Under the pieces are notes generated by a model. That model searched no databases. It had not been told where the DNA came from and saw only the letters and a program-made list of their open reading frames with translations. Made by a program: the position numbers and the translations under genes. Source: Phallusia mammillata (taxonomy: Eukaryota). Taken from it: a stretch of DNA of 64,000 bases. This document shows positions 12,397 to 23,433 of this stretch, one piece after another. The first letter of the stretch is position 1. Every line of letters begins with the position of its first letter. The stretch is taken from the NCBI GenBank assembly GCA_965637545.1, contig OZ281495.1, forward strand, positions 13,764,001 to 13,828,000. The letters are read 5' to 3'.

Positions 12397-13122
12397 CACA
12401 CAATAAACTTATTTCGCGCATTCGCAACTTACTTGTGCCACCTAGCGGCAGTGTTTGTTTAGCGTTGGACACGGGTTTGACAGAACCTTTTTTCACACAA
12501 TTTGTTTTCTGATTTCGTTTTACGTTGAAGAAACTTAACTCGCTAAAAAGGTACGAAGCCCGATTTTCTTACATCACTCAGTAGGCTAACAAACCAGAAT
12601 AGATGCCAAATTAACATTAAAATTTTGTACATTGGAGAATGGGGCACAATAATACAAATCGTTTTGTGATTTTTCTAGCTTGTTGCATCAAAACACGACC
12701 AGGTCACCAAATTACGTATTTTTTCAGTGAAGGATCAAAACAAATACGTAGGACTACGTAGCCTACATGGATAGAGTAGGCCTACTATAGCAAGTATTTA
12801 TGTAGGTTACATAGCCTATAGTTCAAAAAACGTTTCAACTCGATTGCAACAAATGAACAATCCGTATACAATGCAAAACTGATGGTTCATATTTTTAGTG
12901 ATAGGCAGAAAGTGCAACAAATGTTGGCTACTTTTAGTCTAGGCCTAGCCTACAAACGAAATCTACAATTCACTCTTGCGACGTGTAGGCCTATGGTGTT
13001 AAAATGCTATTAGGTCTAACTAATTGAAATAAACCAATCATTTGCTTCGACGGACTCTAACTGAAGCGCGTTAGCCTGTCAACAAAAATGACATTCGAGC
13101 GTCAATAAAGAAAATCACATTA

Positions 13123-14207
13123 GGGGAGAGTGGGGTAAGTTGTTACAGGGGCGGGTTGTTACAACGCGAATAACTTCGGCTATGTTTTTATAAAACCGCT
13201 GGAATTACGCATGTCGGTTGGTACATCCGGGACGGCCAGCGTGACAAAATTTGGTTAAATTTGTGCGGGTATTCGCTGACTTCTCAAATTTTGCTATTTT
13301 GAGGTGTGTAAAGTAAATTTTTGGACTTAAGCTAAATCGACTCTCCTAAAGCGCACAAAATAATAAATTCTATAAAGCAAGTTTTTTTGTCAAGTGATAG
13401 TGGTATGTTAGCGCCTTGTACAAAAATAAAGTTGCAAACTTTAGCTAATTTTAAGTCCAGTTTGGTTTAAGTTGCACCATGCTGGTGGGGTGAGTTGTTA
13501 CAAGGTGTCCCACATCTGAAACAATGATTATCATCTGGGCCTGAGAAAGGTAATACTTAACTTTTGTTAATAAATAATGTGCTTAAAATGTTATTTAGTG
13601 ACAATATGTTGTTGTTGCAAGCTCATAATTTTTTTAAAAGTTAATTATATATGTGTGTAAAATCCAGGTTTTGGACCAAGTTTGAAAACTTACTACTATA
13701 TCAAGGACAAGAAACTGTAAGGACTATAGGATGTCATTCATTCCATGGTTAAAGTTATGTCAAAAGTTAAAGTTTGTGAATTCATTGACATAAAGTACTT
13801 TAAAAATGAATTTGATTGTAAACTGTGTTGTGTTCATTCTATAAACCTTTTGATCTGTTTTGTTATTTTAATAAACAACATGATTTGTGACATACAATGA
13901 TACTTGATATTATAATACTCACATTGTACATAAGCTTGTGATGTGACTTCTATTTTATGAAAGAAACTAAAATATTGGTGCAAAACAAGATACTTGATAT
14001 TGCTACCATTTCAAAAAGTTTACTTTTGGACTCTAAACAACTGTTTTGTTCACTTCAGAAACAATGATGTCACCAATTTAGCAAATTTGGATTGGAATTT
14101 CTGAATCGCGATGAATAAAATTGTATAAATTGATTATAACTTAAAATAAATAGTTAAGATGAGTAAAAGTCGAAACAAATTTTGTAACAACCCACCCCAC
14201 TCTTCCC
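13123..14207. mobile_element. Non-autonomous TIR DNA transposon, probably Tc1/mariner-pogo type
   Basis: 25-bp TIRs ggggagagtggggtaagttgttaca and tgtaacaacccaccccactcttccc; preceded by TA (13121-13122) and followed by GA (possible mutated TA); internal copy of the ggggtgagttgttacaa motif near 13487; no ORF. Superfamily assignment is an inference. Confidence 0.75.
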
Positions 14208-14287
14208 GACGCCAGGCCCATTGAAGGCGTCATACCGAATCAGCCGGTCACCAAGCATTCCCCACCGTATGGCAAGGCGTAGGCTAG
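14208..14287 (+). repeat. Short dispersed repeat family X, copy 3 (5'-truncated at the pogo-like TIR)
   Basis: gacgccaggcccattgaaggcgtcataccgaatcagccggtcaccaagcattccccaccgtatggcaaggcgtaggctag aligns with 59481-59572. Confidence 0.7.
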
Positions 14288-16080
14288 AACAATCTAGCCT
14301 GGGAGGGATTCAAATCCACGAAATAAGATTTTACGGGACTCGATCGATGCTTACATAAAAATCCTTGTTCTCCTTTTCACTTGTCTTTCTTTCATGAATT
14401 TAAATCAGTTTGGGAAAACACATTTTCTCTGCCTAAAACCGTTCCATTTCACTTCAAATATTCATAGAGCTTGCTGGTGTTGTATAATGCCAGCTGTAAA
14501 GAAAGGAATAATTTCTTTTATGCAATTTCGCTGAAGGCCTTATCTTTACTTGAAACGCGTTTTGGAAATTACTAGATAAACACATTTCCGAAGAAAAATT
14601 GAACATAAATACTCATTTCTTTTTTATTGATATCCCATTTAGCAACGAAGATTTCCAACGAGAACTGTGGGAAATTCTAGCGTAGATAATGACGCGACGT
14701 ATTGGTGGTTTCCAAGGTGTCTTGGGTAGCGACACTCCGCAAAATAAACTCAACCGGGTGAAGCCCGCATGCCCTTTTGTTCAAAATTGGAAACTACGCA
14801 GCTCTCGTCACGGATGGATGGAGTTGTTTGTGCGCTGTGGCAAGCAAGACAAGGAAATGGCGGAGGCCAAATTGGTTCGTCATTGAAATCGACCCGATGT
14901 TTTGGCAGTTTTTATCGCAAACAATGTTCAGCTATGGCATAAACGCTTTAAATATATATCAGTCAGTATGTAACTGTCATAGTCTTGTGATAAGTTTGTG
15001 ACTTTAACGCGTCAGCAAATCAGCAATGAGCATACAGACTGTTGAATACACACAACTTTAACCAAAGTTTAATGACATACTCAGTTGTTAGTGCAGCCAG
15101 TGTTTCACGTAAGTTTATTTTGCTTGGTGGAAGAAATACATTTTGTAAAAAAGTTGGGCGCAAGAACCGATGTAAAGATGGAACTGTGTGTGTTTTTATA
15201 GGCAATGGATTCAAGTTTTTTATGTATATTTTACAGTTTAATTGAATAAATATAGGCTTTTTCAGCATTGTGTCAATCTAAGTTGAAGATCTACTTTATT
15301 TTTTTTGTGAAAAAAATGTAGTGGAAGTTGTATGTGAATATTAAAATACAGCTAACACAGTTCAAAACAACAAGATTACATTATACCAAATTTAGATGTA
15401 TATATTTAGACATATTCAGTTTACTTGGTGGAACTTTTGGCTTGTTTTAATATGAAAACATGTTTTTTTTGTTAAATACCAATGTTGTATTTAAAAAGCA
15501 TAGCCTTGGTCTCTATAAGCCACAAATCTGTACACAATGTATATTACAATCTATTCCTCTCCAAAAGGACTGGGTTAGCATTAAAGATGCAAGATTTCAC
15601 TAAATACCATTGAAATTGTAGTGAGCATCTTTTTCACCTGAATTTATTGTAAATCAAAAACCACAGAGACAACAGCAAAAATATAAACTGCTATAAAGCC
15701 AATGTTCACCAATACAACAAAGAAACCAACATGTTAGTTTCATGCTTTGCTAACAAAATAATTGCCCCTATTTATTTAAATCACCCCAGAGAACTAATAT
15801 AGGCTACTAGAGGTTAAATTATGGCTGTTAGAAGTGTTTTAAAAACATAACAAAGACACAGATTTTATACCTGAATTATAAAAATGTCTAGGAAATTCAG
15901 GACGTCTGTTAACCCTAATTTAGGCACAGTCAACCACCAATTTGCTTTAGATACATGAACAATGGTGTTATATACATATGTTTATAATTATATTTGTATT
16001 TTTTGCATGTTTAGTTTTTTGATGCAAATAAAAACAGAACTGATGTTTACTGTTGTATTCCAATAAAAAATGGAAGCAAC

Positions 16081-18724
16081 ATGGAAACCAATTCATATGA
16101 AATGCAATACAAAAACAACTTTGTAAAAAACAAAGACTTCAAGTGAGTTGAATCAAAAGAGTTGTGTTGTATTAATTAGTGACCTGCTAATGTACTAAAA
16201 GTGCCAGATTACTTTTTTGTTCCTATTTCCACTGCATAGTCTACCACTGGACATTTCTTGGATTGTAATAGTACATGTACATAAACCTGATGTCACAATA
16301 ATTTGCTAAACAATGAAAAGTGTTAGTTTTTTGTGTTAGTCAAATGTTTTTTTTATTTCAGTCTTAATGTATTTTGTCCTGATGATGATTCTTCACCCGA
16401 CAGTGACGAATACCGGCAGGTTTTTAGCTCTGCAGAGTCATACCTTAATCGCAATGCAACACCACAGATTGAAAAATCGTCATATCACAGTCTGAAAAAC
16501 TTCAAAAAAATTGTTCAAAGGTTTGTGTAAATATATTTGGGCAAAGATGAAATGTGAACATAAATACTTAAATTTATTTTTGGTTTAAAATCATTGTGTC
16601 AACATTTAAGGTCTCATCAGTGCAGTTGGTGACAAGACATTAGCTGTACAGTCGAGTGTAGCCAGGCTACGTCAGTCTAGTTTGTTGGACAAGCTTAACG
16701 CTATTATCGTAGCCTTGCCACACTAGCCAGTAAAGCCTTGTCACCAGCTGCACTGATGAGGCGTTATAGGCCAATACAGTGTACACTGTCTACAACTAAT
16801 TTAGGTTTATATAATTAATCATAATTACATGGAAATGTCTCTTTTTTGGTCATAGTATATAGTCATGAGCAATAGTCTACCTACCCAAAAAGGATTGTGT
16901 TATAGGGTTCGAGTGTTTTCATTAGATTCTGAGATAAGTATTTGTCTGTGCTCACAGGAAATTGTTGTTCATGATGTCACAGTTACAATAAGCTTAGTGA
17001 ATCATCCCTTATTATGTGAAGTTTTAGTTAGTTTTTTTTTAGATTTGGTTTCTTCCATACACATGAGTCACTGCTACACAAATTTGTTATGTGTGACAAG
17101 TTGTCCTTAATGTTTGTCTTGATTTTTTGACAGGAATAAAGAAGCCAACATTCAAACTACTTGGGGAAGATTGGCATCAGTATTTTTTCTTTTGCATTGG
17201 TATTCACTTCGCATTATAAGGGCTCCATGGAGAAAGTCTTACACAAAAGTGAAAGTATGTTTTTTTAAATATTTTCCATTCTGTTACTTGGAAAACATTT
17301 TCCATTCACAGTTATGTGTTTTTTTTATTCTGAAAATAAAGAGAGCTTTGATATTTTTACAGCTAATGCAAGTGTATAACCCTATTGACAAAAATAGTGG
17401 CAAAACATTTAAGGTTTGTTTTTTTAGCATACAATTACAAAATGATATGAATGTAAAGTTCATTAATTAAACAAAACTAGTTAAAATGTAAAACTTATTA
17501 ACTGGCTGGCTGTTTTATTAATGTATCAAATTAAATGTATACTTTATGTATTTTTTGCAGTATCTTATGTACATTGTGGCATAACCATGGTTTGTTTTTA
17601 ATTACTTATAGATATATAGCGGAAGTTACCACCATGCCATAGGACAGAACTTGCCGAAAGATGTGGCAGATGAACTGATGGGAAAGTTGGGATTTATTTA
17701 TCACAGACCAAGACAGACATTCTTCTTTCACCAGGAAAGCCTCCTAAAACCAGGAACTGGTACATGGCAGGATGCTCTTCTCAATGCAGGAATGGATTAC
17801 TTTCTTGTGCATGTAAGATGCGCCCTGGGTTCATCGCAAATGGGACGTTCAATAGAAATTGACATTCTGTCATTGCCCAGCACTTTACCAAGAACTAAAA
17901 CCAATGAACCAGAAAATAAAAATAGGATTTCTAGATTTGAAAACTGGAATACTTTGAATAAGAAACAACACATGGGTGCGTTTCAACCTTATGGAAATAC
18001 ACCTCAGGTCAATTCAGCACCTGCCATGCCTACGGACAGGAATACTGATGAAAATTTTTCTCTGCGCTCACGTTGTATGAACTCAGAGCCCAGACTGAAC
18101 AGGGTTGAGAAGGAACCAACAAATTTTTACCTAAACACTGCATACAGGCCTTCGTCCCGGCCACCATCAAACAAAGGTGAACTGCAACAATCAAACATAC
18201 CATATAGTCATAGGATTTTGACGCCACCAAAGCAACAGGAGCCGTTGCGTCGACCTCCTCGGCAATATGTTCCACAGTATTCTGAAGAGGATTTATATGA
18301 AGGAAAAGACCCCTCTGACATTTCATTGGAAGATGGGGCCATAAAATACCCGCCTATAGGGCCATTTGTTACATCACGGTTTGGTATGGAAACGCTCCGA
18401 AGAATTAAACAGGAGCCCCTAGTTCGTGGTATTCAGTCAGTATCAGTAAGCAACCAGTTAAGAGACCCGCCAGATCGAGACTACGTTAGGGTAATGCCAA
18501 TTAACAGAGCACACAAGACTGAAACCTTTTCAGGCACTGAACCCTTATCAAATGCGGGAATATCGACTGGTCCTAGTTATTTCAATACTAGTCCCCTCTC
18601 GCAAACCGACGTAGCAGGATCCTCCACCGGTGGTGCGTACGTGCAGGTTCAGCCACCCAAACGAGGTGAAGACAGCCACATTTACCAAGAAATTAGTGAC
18701 GACCATTGGCCGCCTCGCCGTTAA
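16081..18724 (+). CDS. SPATA2/SPATA2L/tamozhennic-like PUB-domain protein (about 484 aa)
   Basis: Exons 16081-16142 (acceptor at 16014), 16362-16520, 17134-17254, 17612-18724 join in phase. The spliced product reads WGRLASVFFLLHWYSLRIIRAPWRKSYTKVK|IYSGSYHHAIGQNLPKDVADELMGKLGF...NAGMDYFLVHVRC, matching the SPATA2/Tamo PUB signature (PWrKE.r.iK.YSG.y...MGY...VEC) as recalled. Start codon uncertain: an upstream exon 14897-14965 (donor GTATGT, phase 0) could extend the N-terminus. Confidence 0.8.
16592..16797. ncRNA. Inverted pair of decayed type I hammerhead-ribozyme motifs (Penelope/retrozyme-like relic) in an intron of the PUB gene
   Basis: Arms 16592-16671(-) and 16708-16781(+) are inverted copies; the 24-bp core matches 23/24. 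+ arm: stem I' agctgca, CTGATGA (16753-16759), stem II GGC/GCC, AATA in place of GAAA, palindromic stem III ACAGTGTACACTGT, C17 at 16790, stem I tacaact. - arm: CTGATGA-GAC..GTT-GACA-CAATG, then truncated. Confidence 0.65.
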
Positions 18725-21700
18725 ACAAGAGCGACAGTGGAACTTCATTTTTGTTTAATAAGTCTTTTCAATAAGTCATGCCTGCGTTATGCCACATCAA
18801 CCGTGCTACTGGTGTCATTTGTATTACTTTGAGGGCAACTCGCACTTGTGTTTTACGTTGAATATGAGCTTTATTTTGTATTTACCTATATCCTTAAAAA
18901 CCATTGTTTTGGGATGTTGGGTTTATGAACAATTTCCATTTTTCAATTGCCACTGAGTGACGAAATCAGTGGCGCCATTTATTACCACGCGGCCTGTCAG
19001 ATTTGGTTAGGGGAAATTCCACATTAAATTAACGATTTTTTTAATTTATCGGGCCTCCTGTGATGATTTGTGTGGGGTGTTCCGTGTCGAATTAACAAAG
19101 GAGAGGTGTAAATGACACCAACTGGCTAGCCCAACGCAACCGGTTTTATTCAGCCTTTTACAATAACATAGTCTACGGCGATCCCTGCTTTGGGAACCCG
19201 AGGCATTTTCCATTACACGTTTATAATAATTATACGACCATCATTGAGACACCTGCCAGGGGGCAAATTGCTCCACCTGTTCTTTTTCGTGGCCGCATTT
19301 GAATTAACAAACGATAGATCGACAAGACATTTTTGCTGCAAAATAGGATCGAAATCGTAGTAACGCTGTAGTTATGATGCTGAAAAGGGTATTTATTAGG
19401 CTCTGTGATTTTATATTGAAATCCTTCTTTGCATGGAAATTTTGTCAAAATCTCTTTCACAAGTATTTCCAGTTCCCCATTTTACCACGAAGCCAAGTAC
19501 CCATTAATGTTTAGCTCTCGGTTGTGTTTGATTAGTTGACGATGTATTTTATTGGTCCCCCTTCACATGAAATACAAATTTGTTTCCGACGTTTTTGAAA
19601 CTTGTTGTTTGCTTTTGTTCCAGGCTTTAAAACAAGCTGATTCTAACAGGCAAACTCAATAGAAGTTTTTTCGTTGCAAGTTTACCATCCAATAAACTTT
19701 TCCGAACTATTCAAACTTTATTTGTTTTTCACGTGATATTTGCACAACAACAAAGAAACAGATTGTAACGAATTGGTGGTGCAACGCAATGTTAAATGGG
19801 AAAAGCAATTTTGTGCAAATAGCCTCTATGAGATGTAACTCAACCAAGAAATTAATTAGAGCAGTGTTTCAAAATTGTTTGTTTGAAAAGAATTTACCTA
19901 ATAACCACGGTATGCCTGCAGTGCAAACATGAGTGAAAACGGTTCCGCCTTTCGAAAAAACGCTGTAAAGGGCGTTCGAACCACACGGAGGTTTCACTTA
20001 GGTCGAATCTCAAGGACTGAGAACTTCTGCTACAGCAAAGTACACAATGCTCGCTGGATTAAACCGAAACTTGTTTTGCGGCAATTTCCCCACGTTTTAA
20101 GCTGAACGCTCGGTATTTTATGATTACCAGTTCATGTTACAACTAAACCAATATTGATGCAAGGACATGATCTAGCTAAGTTAGTAAGTAGTCGAGTGTC
20201 CTGGCAGTCACAAGTTGCAATAGTTTGTCATATGACCTCTAGTAGTCAACACCACGAGTTACGTTCGTTACGCCACGTCGCGCACGTTTGCTTTGCACAA
20301 AAAGCGATTCGTCTGTATGAAAGGGTAGATCTTTTGTGCCGATCGAATGATGTTGGTATGTTCTTTTTGTGACGAAGCGTCATCCACGCTCGTGTTGGTT
20401 CAGGCATGATACCCAAGTATGTATGAACTGAACGCGTAGGGTTCCAATTATGTACGTATGAACGCGTTCCGGTGAATATCACACATTGAAACTGGCAAAT
20501 CACCGAAACCGATGATTCACGTATCTCCTATCAATAATTTCGTATATACACTAATCCAGTTCAATGTTATACATTATAAAGCCATATGTTTGTTCACTTC
20601 CGTGGTAACCCACAAATAGCTATGAGAGCATTGTAGGCACCGGATTTGCTCAGTCCTTTGCCGGAACATACAACAAGCAAAAACCGAGCGGACATTTCAG
20701 TAACGTCTGGGAACCCTTCTTCAGACGTTACACCGAAGAAAAACGTGGAATTTTAAAGGTAGTTCCGCCGTTATGTAACCGCTTTGCAACTGGGAATTTC
20801 TAAATATGTACCATGGTCGTGTTTGAACGATTTGTACTTCTGCTTTGACGTTTCAATTGCAAATGTCCCAGCGGTAAAAATACCCACGTTGAATGAAGCA
20901 ATATTTCCGAACCTATGCAAATATCTACGTTGCGCCGTAGTAAATAAACATCGTGTTTTACGATCTCAACATCTCCTGAGTAAACCGTGCCCTTGTCGCT
21001 GGAGATTATATAACATTTTAACCTTAAAGGAAATTTAATGAAAAAACAGTCCATACGGATGGAAGAATCAATTGCCGGACGAAGTTGTAAGAGTTTTTTT
21101 TTAATTGTAAGATTGTTTGTTCGCAGCTTTTTTTTGTCCATTTGCAAATTGGCCATGGCCCGATTGAAACATGAAATTGTATTTAGCTGTTACGTATTAT
21201 GTCAATTTGTATGTGCGTTTTACCCCTTCTTATTGACTTGATTGAAATAAATACTGTCCGGGAAAACAACAGATTGCATGTTTTTAGATCGACATACAAA
21301 CTCACGTCACCAATGTGAACTGAGATGAGCCAGCACAACATCAAACTTTCAAAAGGGAAAGTCATAATGTCTGACAAATTGGATTATGTATAAAAAAACT
21401 GTAAAAATATTATACGGTTTATGTAAGTGTGTCAGTTCCCTTCAAGTGAAATTACCCAATTGGTCAAACGCCAACAACAATCGGATGCACATAGTTGTTT
21501 TCACAGACTGGACGAAGTGCTAAATAAGGGACTGAAACTGATAGCCAACACCGAATTACGTCAATTTATCGTCTGCGAACATGAACAGCAAGTTGCATCA
21601 GCTAAAACGATTCGACTTTGAGCATGAGAAAAGCAATCATAAAGACGTTGGTTGAAATTTGACCGCAAACATTTATTTGAATAGTTGGCCGACATGTTAC

Positions 21701-23433
21701 ACTGCCTTTACAAAACAATCAACGTTGCCTGAGAAAGGCTGCGCGTATCTCTACTGCTTCACGTGGCCAAAGTTGGAATTAATATAAATTCCATACCTGG
21801 TACCTCACCTCAAGTATCATATTGTAATCTACATTTATGTTGTGTAAGACTGGTTTAAAAGACATTTATACCGTCGTTATTGCGTGTAAACACCATATGA
21901 TCATTTTTTGGTATAAAATGAAATTGATGGATATGTTTATGTGATTTGTTTCAATGTCAGGATTTTGTGAAATGGCTTGGAACAAATTGTATGAAGTGAA
22001 TTTTTATTATTTTTTCGGTAACTTTTTTAGCACATATCTTTGGAGTCATTCATTTGCCGGAATTTGATTTGTAGTATATTGTAAAAGTGCATCTTTCCGT
22101 GTTTTGTGCTTCACACAACTCTGCAACTTTATGAATTTCCACGTCCAACTAAATGTTGAATGTTGCTTGCCAAAACTATAAGCTTTTAACAAAACTTCCT
22201 TCGTTTAGCGCGCCCCTTTTGCACTTGAAACTTGATTTAAACAATATATCATTCTCCACATGCGGATGTGACGAAGCTTGGGAAGCCACAACACGGGTTG
22301 ATCGAACGAAGCAATTTTACCAGGATTAAATCCAAGTGTATCGTCAGCTCTCAAGCCGAAAATTTCTCAAGGATACGTGTCTAGAGTTTTATTTAGCGCT
22401 ATCGCCACTTGTGTACTGTTGCCAGTGGTTAAGATCAGCTGGAATCAAAGCGTGCTTACTTTAGCGCGTCTCGTTAAGCACTTTGCGATCCAGGATGTTG
22501 TTACAGACCAATATGTGTGTCCGCGCGAAGTTGCGACGTTGTCCGCAAAATCTTTAGCCGCTATTTTATTAAACATCGCTTATTTGTGCACAAAACGCGC
22601 GGCTCGGTGTTTTGAAGTGCAAAATCGCGTCAGGACACGTCTGTCTATTATCGGTTCAAACGGAAGCAGGATCGACGTTTTATTCACATATGTACCTATA
22701 AGATGAGTTTTGTGGTGGAGAAAACACAATCATGGACATAAACAGAGATACAAACAAAATTGAAGAGGGGGAGATTACCAAGGACCTCGAACTGACCCTT
22801 GAAGAGGCAATCGGCATTGTTTTCAGACGTGCGTCAGGTAAATGAACCATCTACTTCTTACACAAGTGGCATATAAACCAATGATTCACGCTTCTCAAGA
22901 AAATACCAACTTTTCAGGAGCGTTTCGCTACGCCGTCTTGTCGCGGTAAGAAACAAAGGACGGAACTACTGTGTTTATTCCGGGATTTGTTTGCGAGCTT
23001 TCGCGATAAAAATCATTACGGGATGTGAAGTGGCATATCATAATCCATCCATCAACTACTTGTCGCCGCTTTCCTTGTTCCTATTTTGCCCAGGCAGTAG
23101 CTGACCCGGGCACAGTCGTCGAGTGTCGGGGATCCGGGAATACCGTATTAACGCCGGTCACTTTCATAAAAGCTTACGCCCATTGTTATTGCAACACAGG
23201 GGAGAAAGCGCCCCCCTGGAAGTTGGCGTTTGTTTCCTTTGTTATAAAGAGCCGGTACAGGGGCCGCCGACTTCATATTCTTCTGGGCTACTTTCCCAGA
23301 CGTTCCCGCAAATATACATAGGCGTATATATACAGACGTGTTGCACCCTGGGAATCGACTATCGAAGTCTAGAAGTAAATTTGTAAATTGTCCGGCTGCG
23401 TTTGCTTGCCGCAACGGCAATTGAGTGGAAAAG

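Noticed and set aside
14689-14886. 65-aa ORF upstream of the PUB gene
   Set aside because: No similarity I recognise. The region looks like a promoter/5' UTR (AAATGGCG motif); kept only as a possible alternative first exon.
18949-18973. 8-bp hairpin gccactga/tcagtggc downstream of the PUB gene
   Set aside because: Does not fit SECIS geometry, no in-frame UGA to recode, and short enough to be chance.
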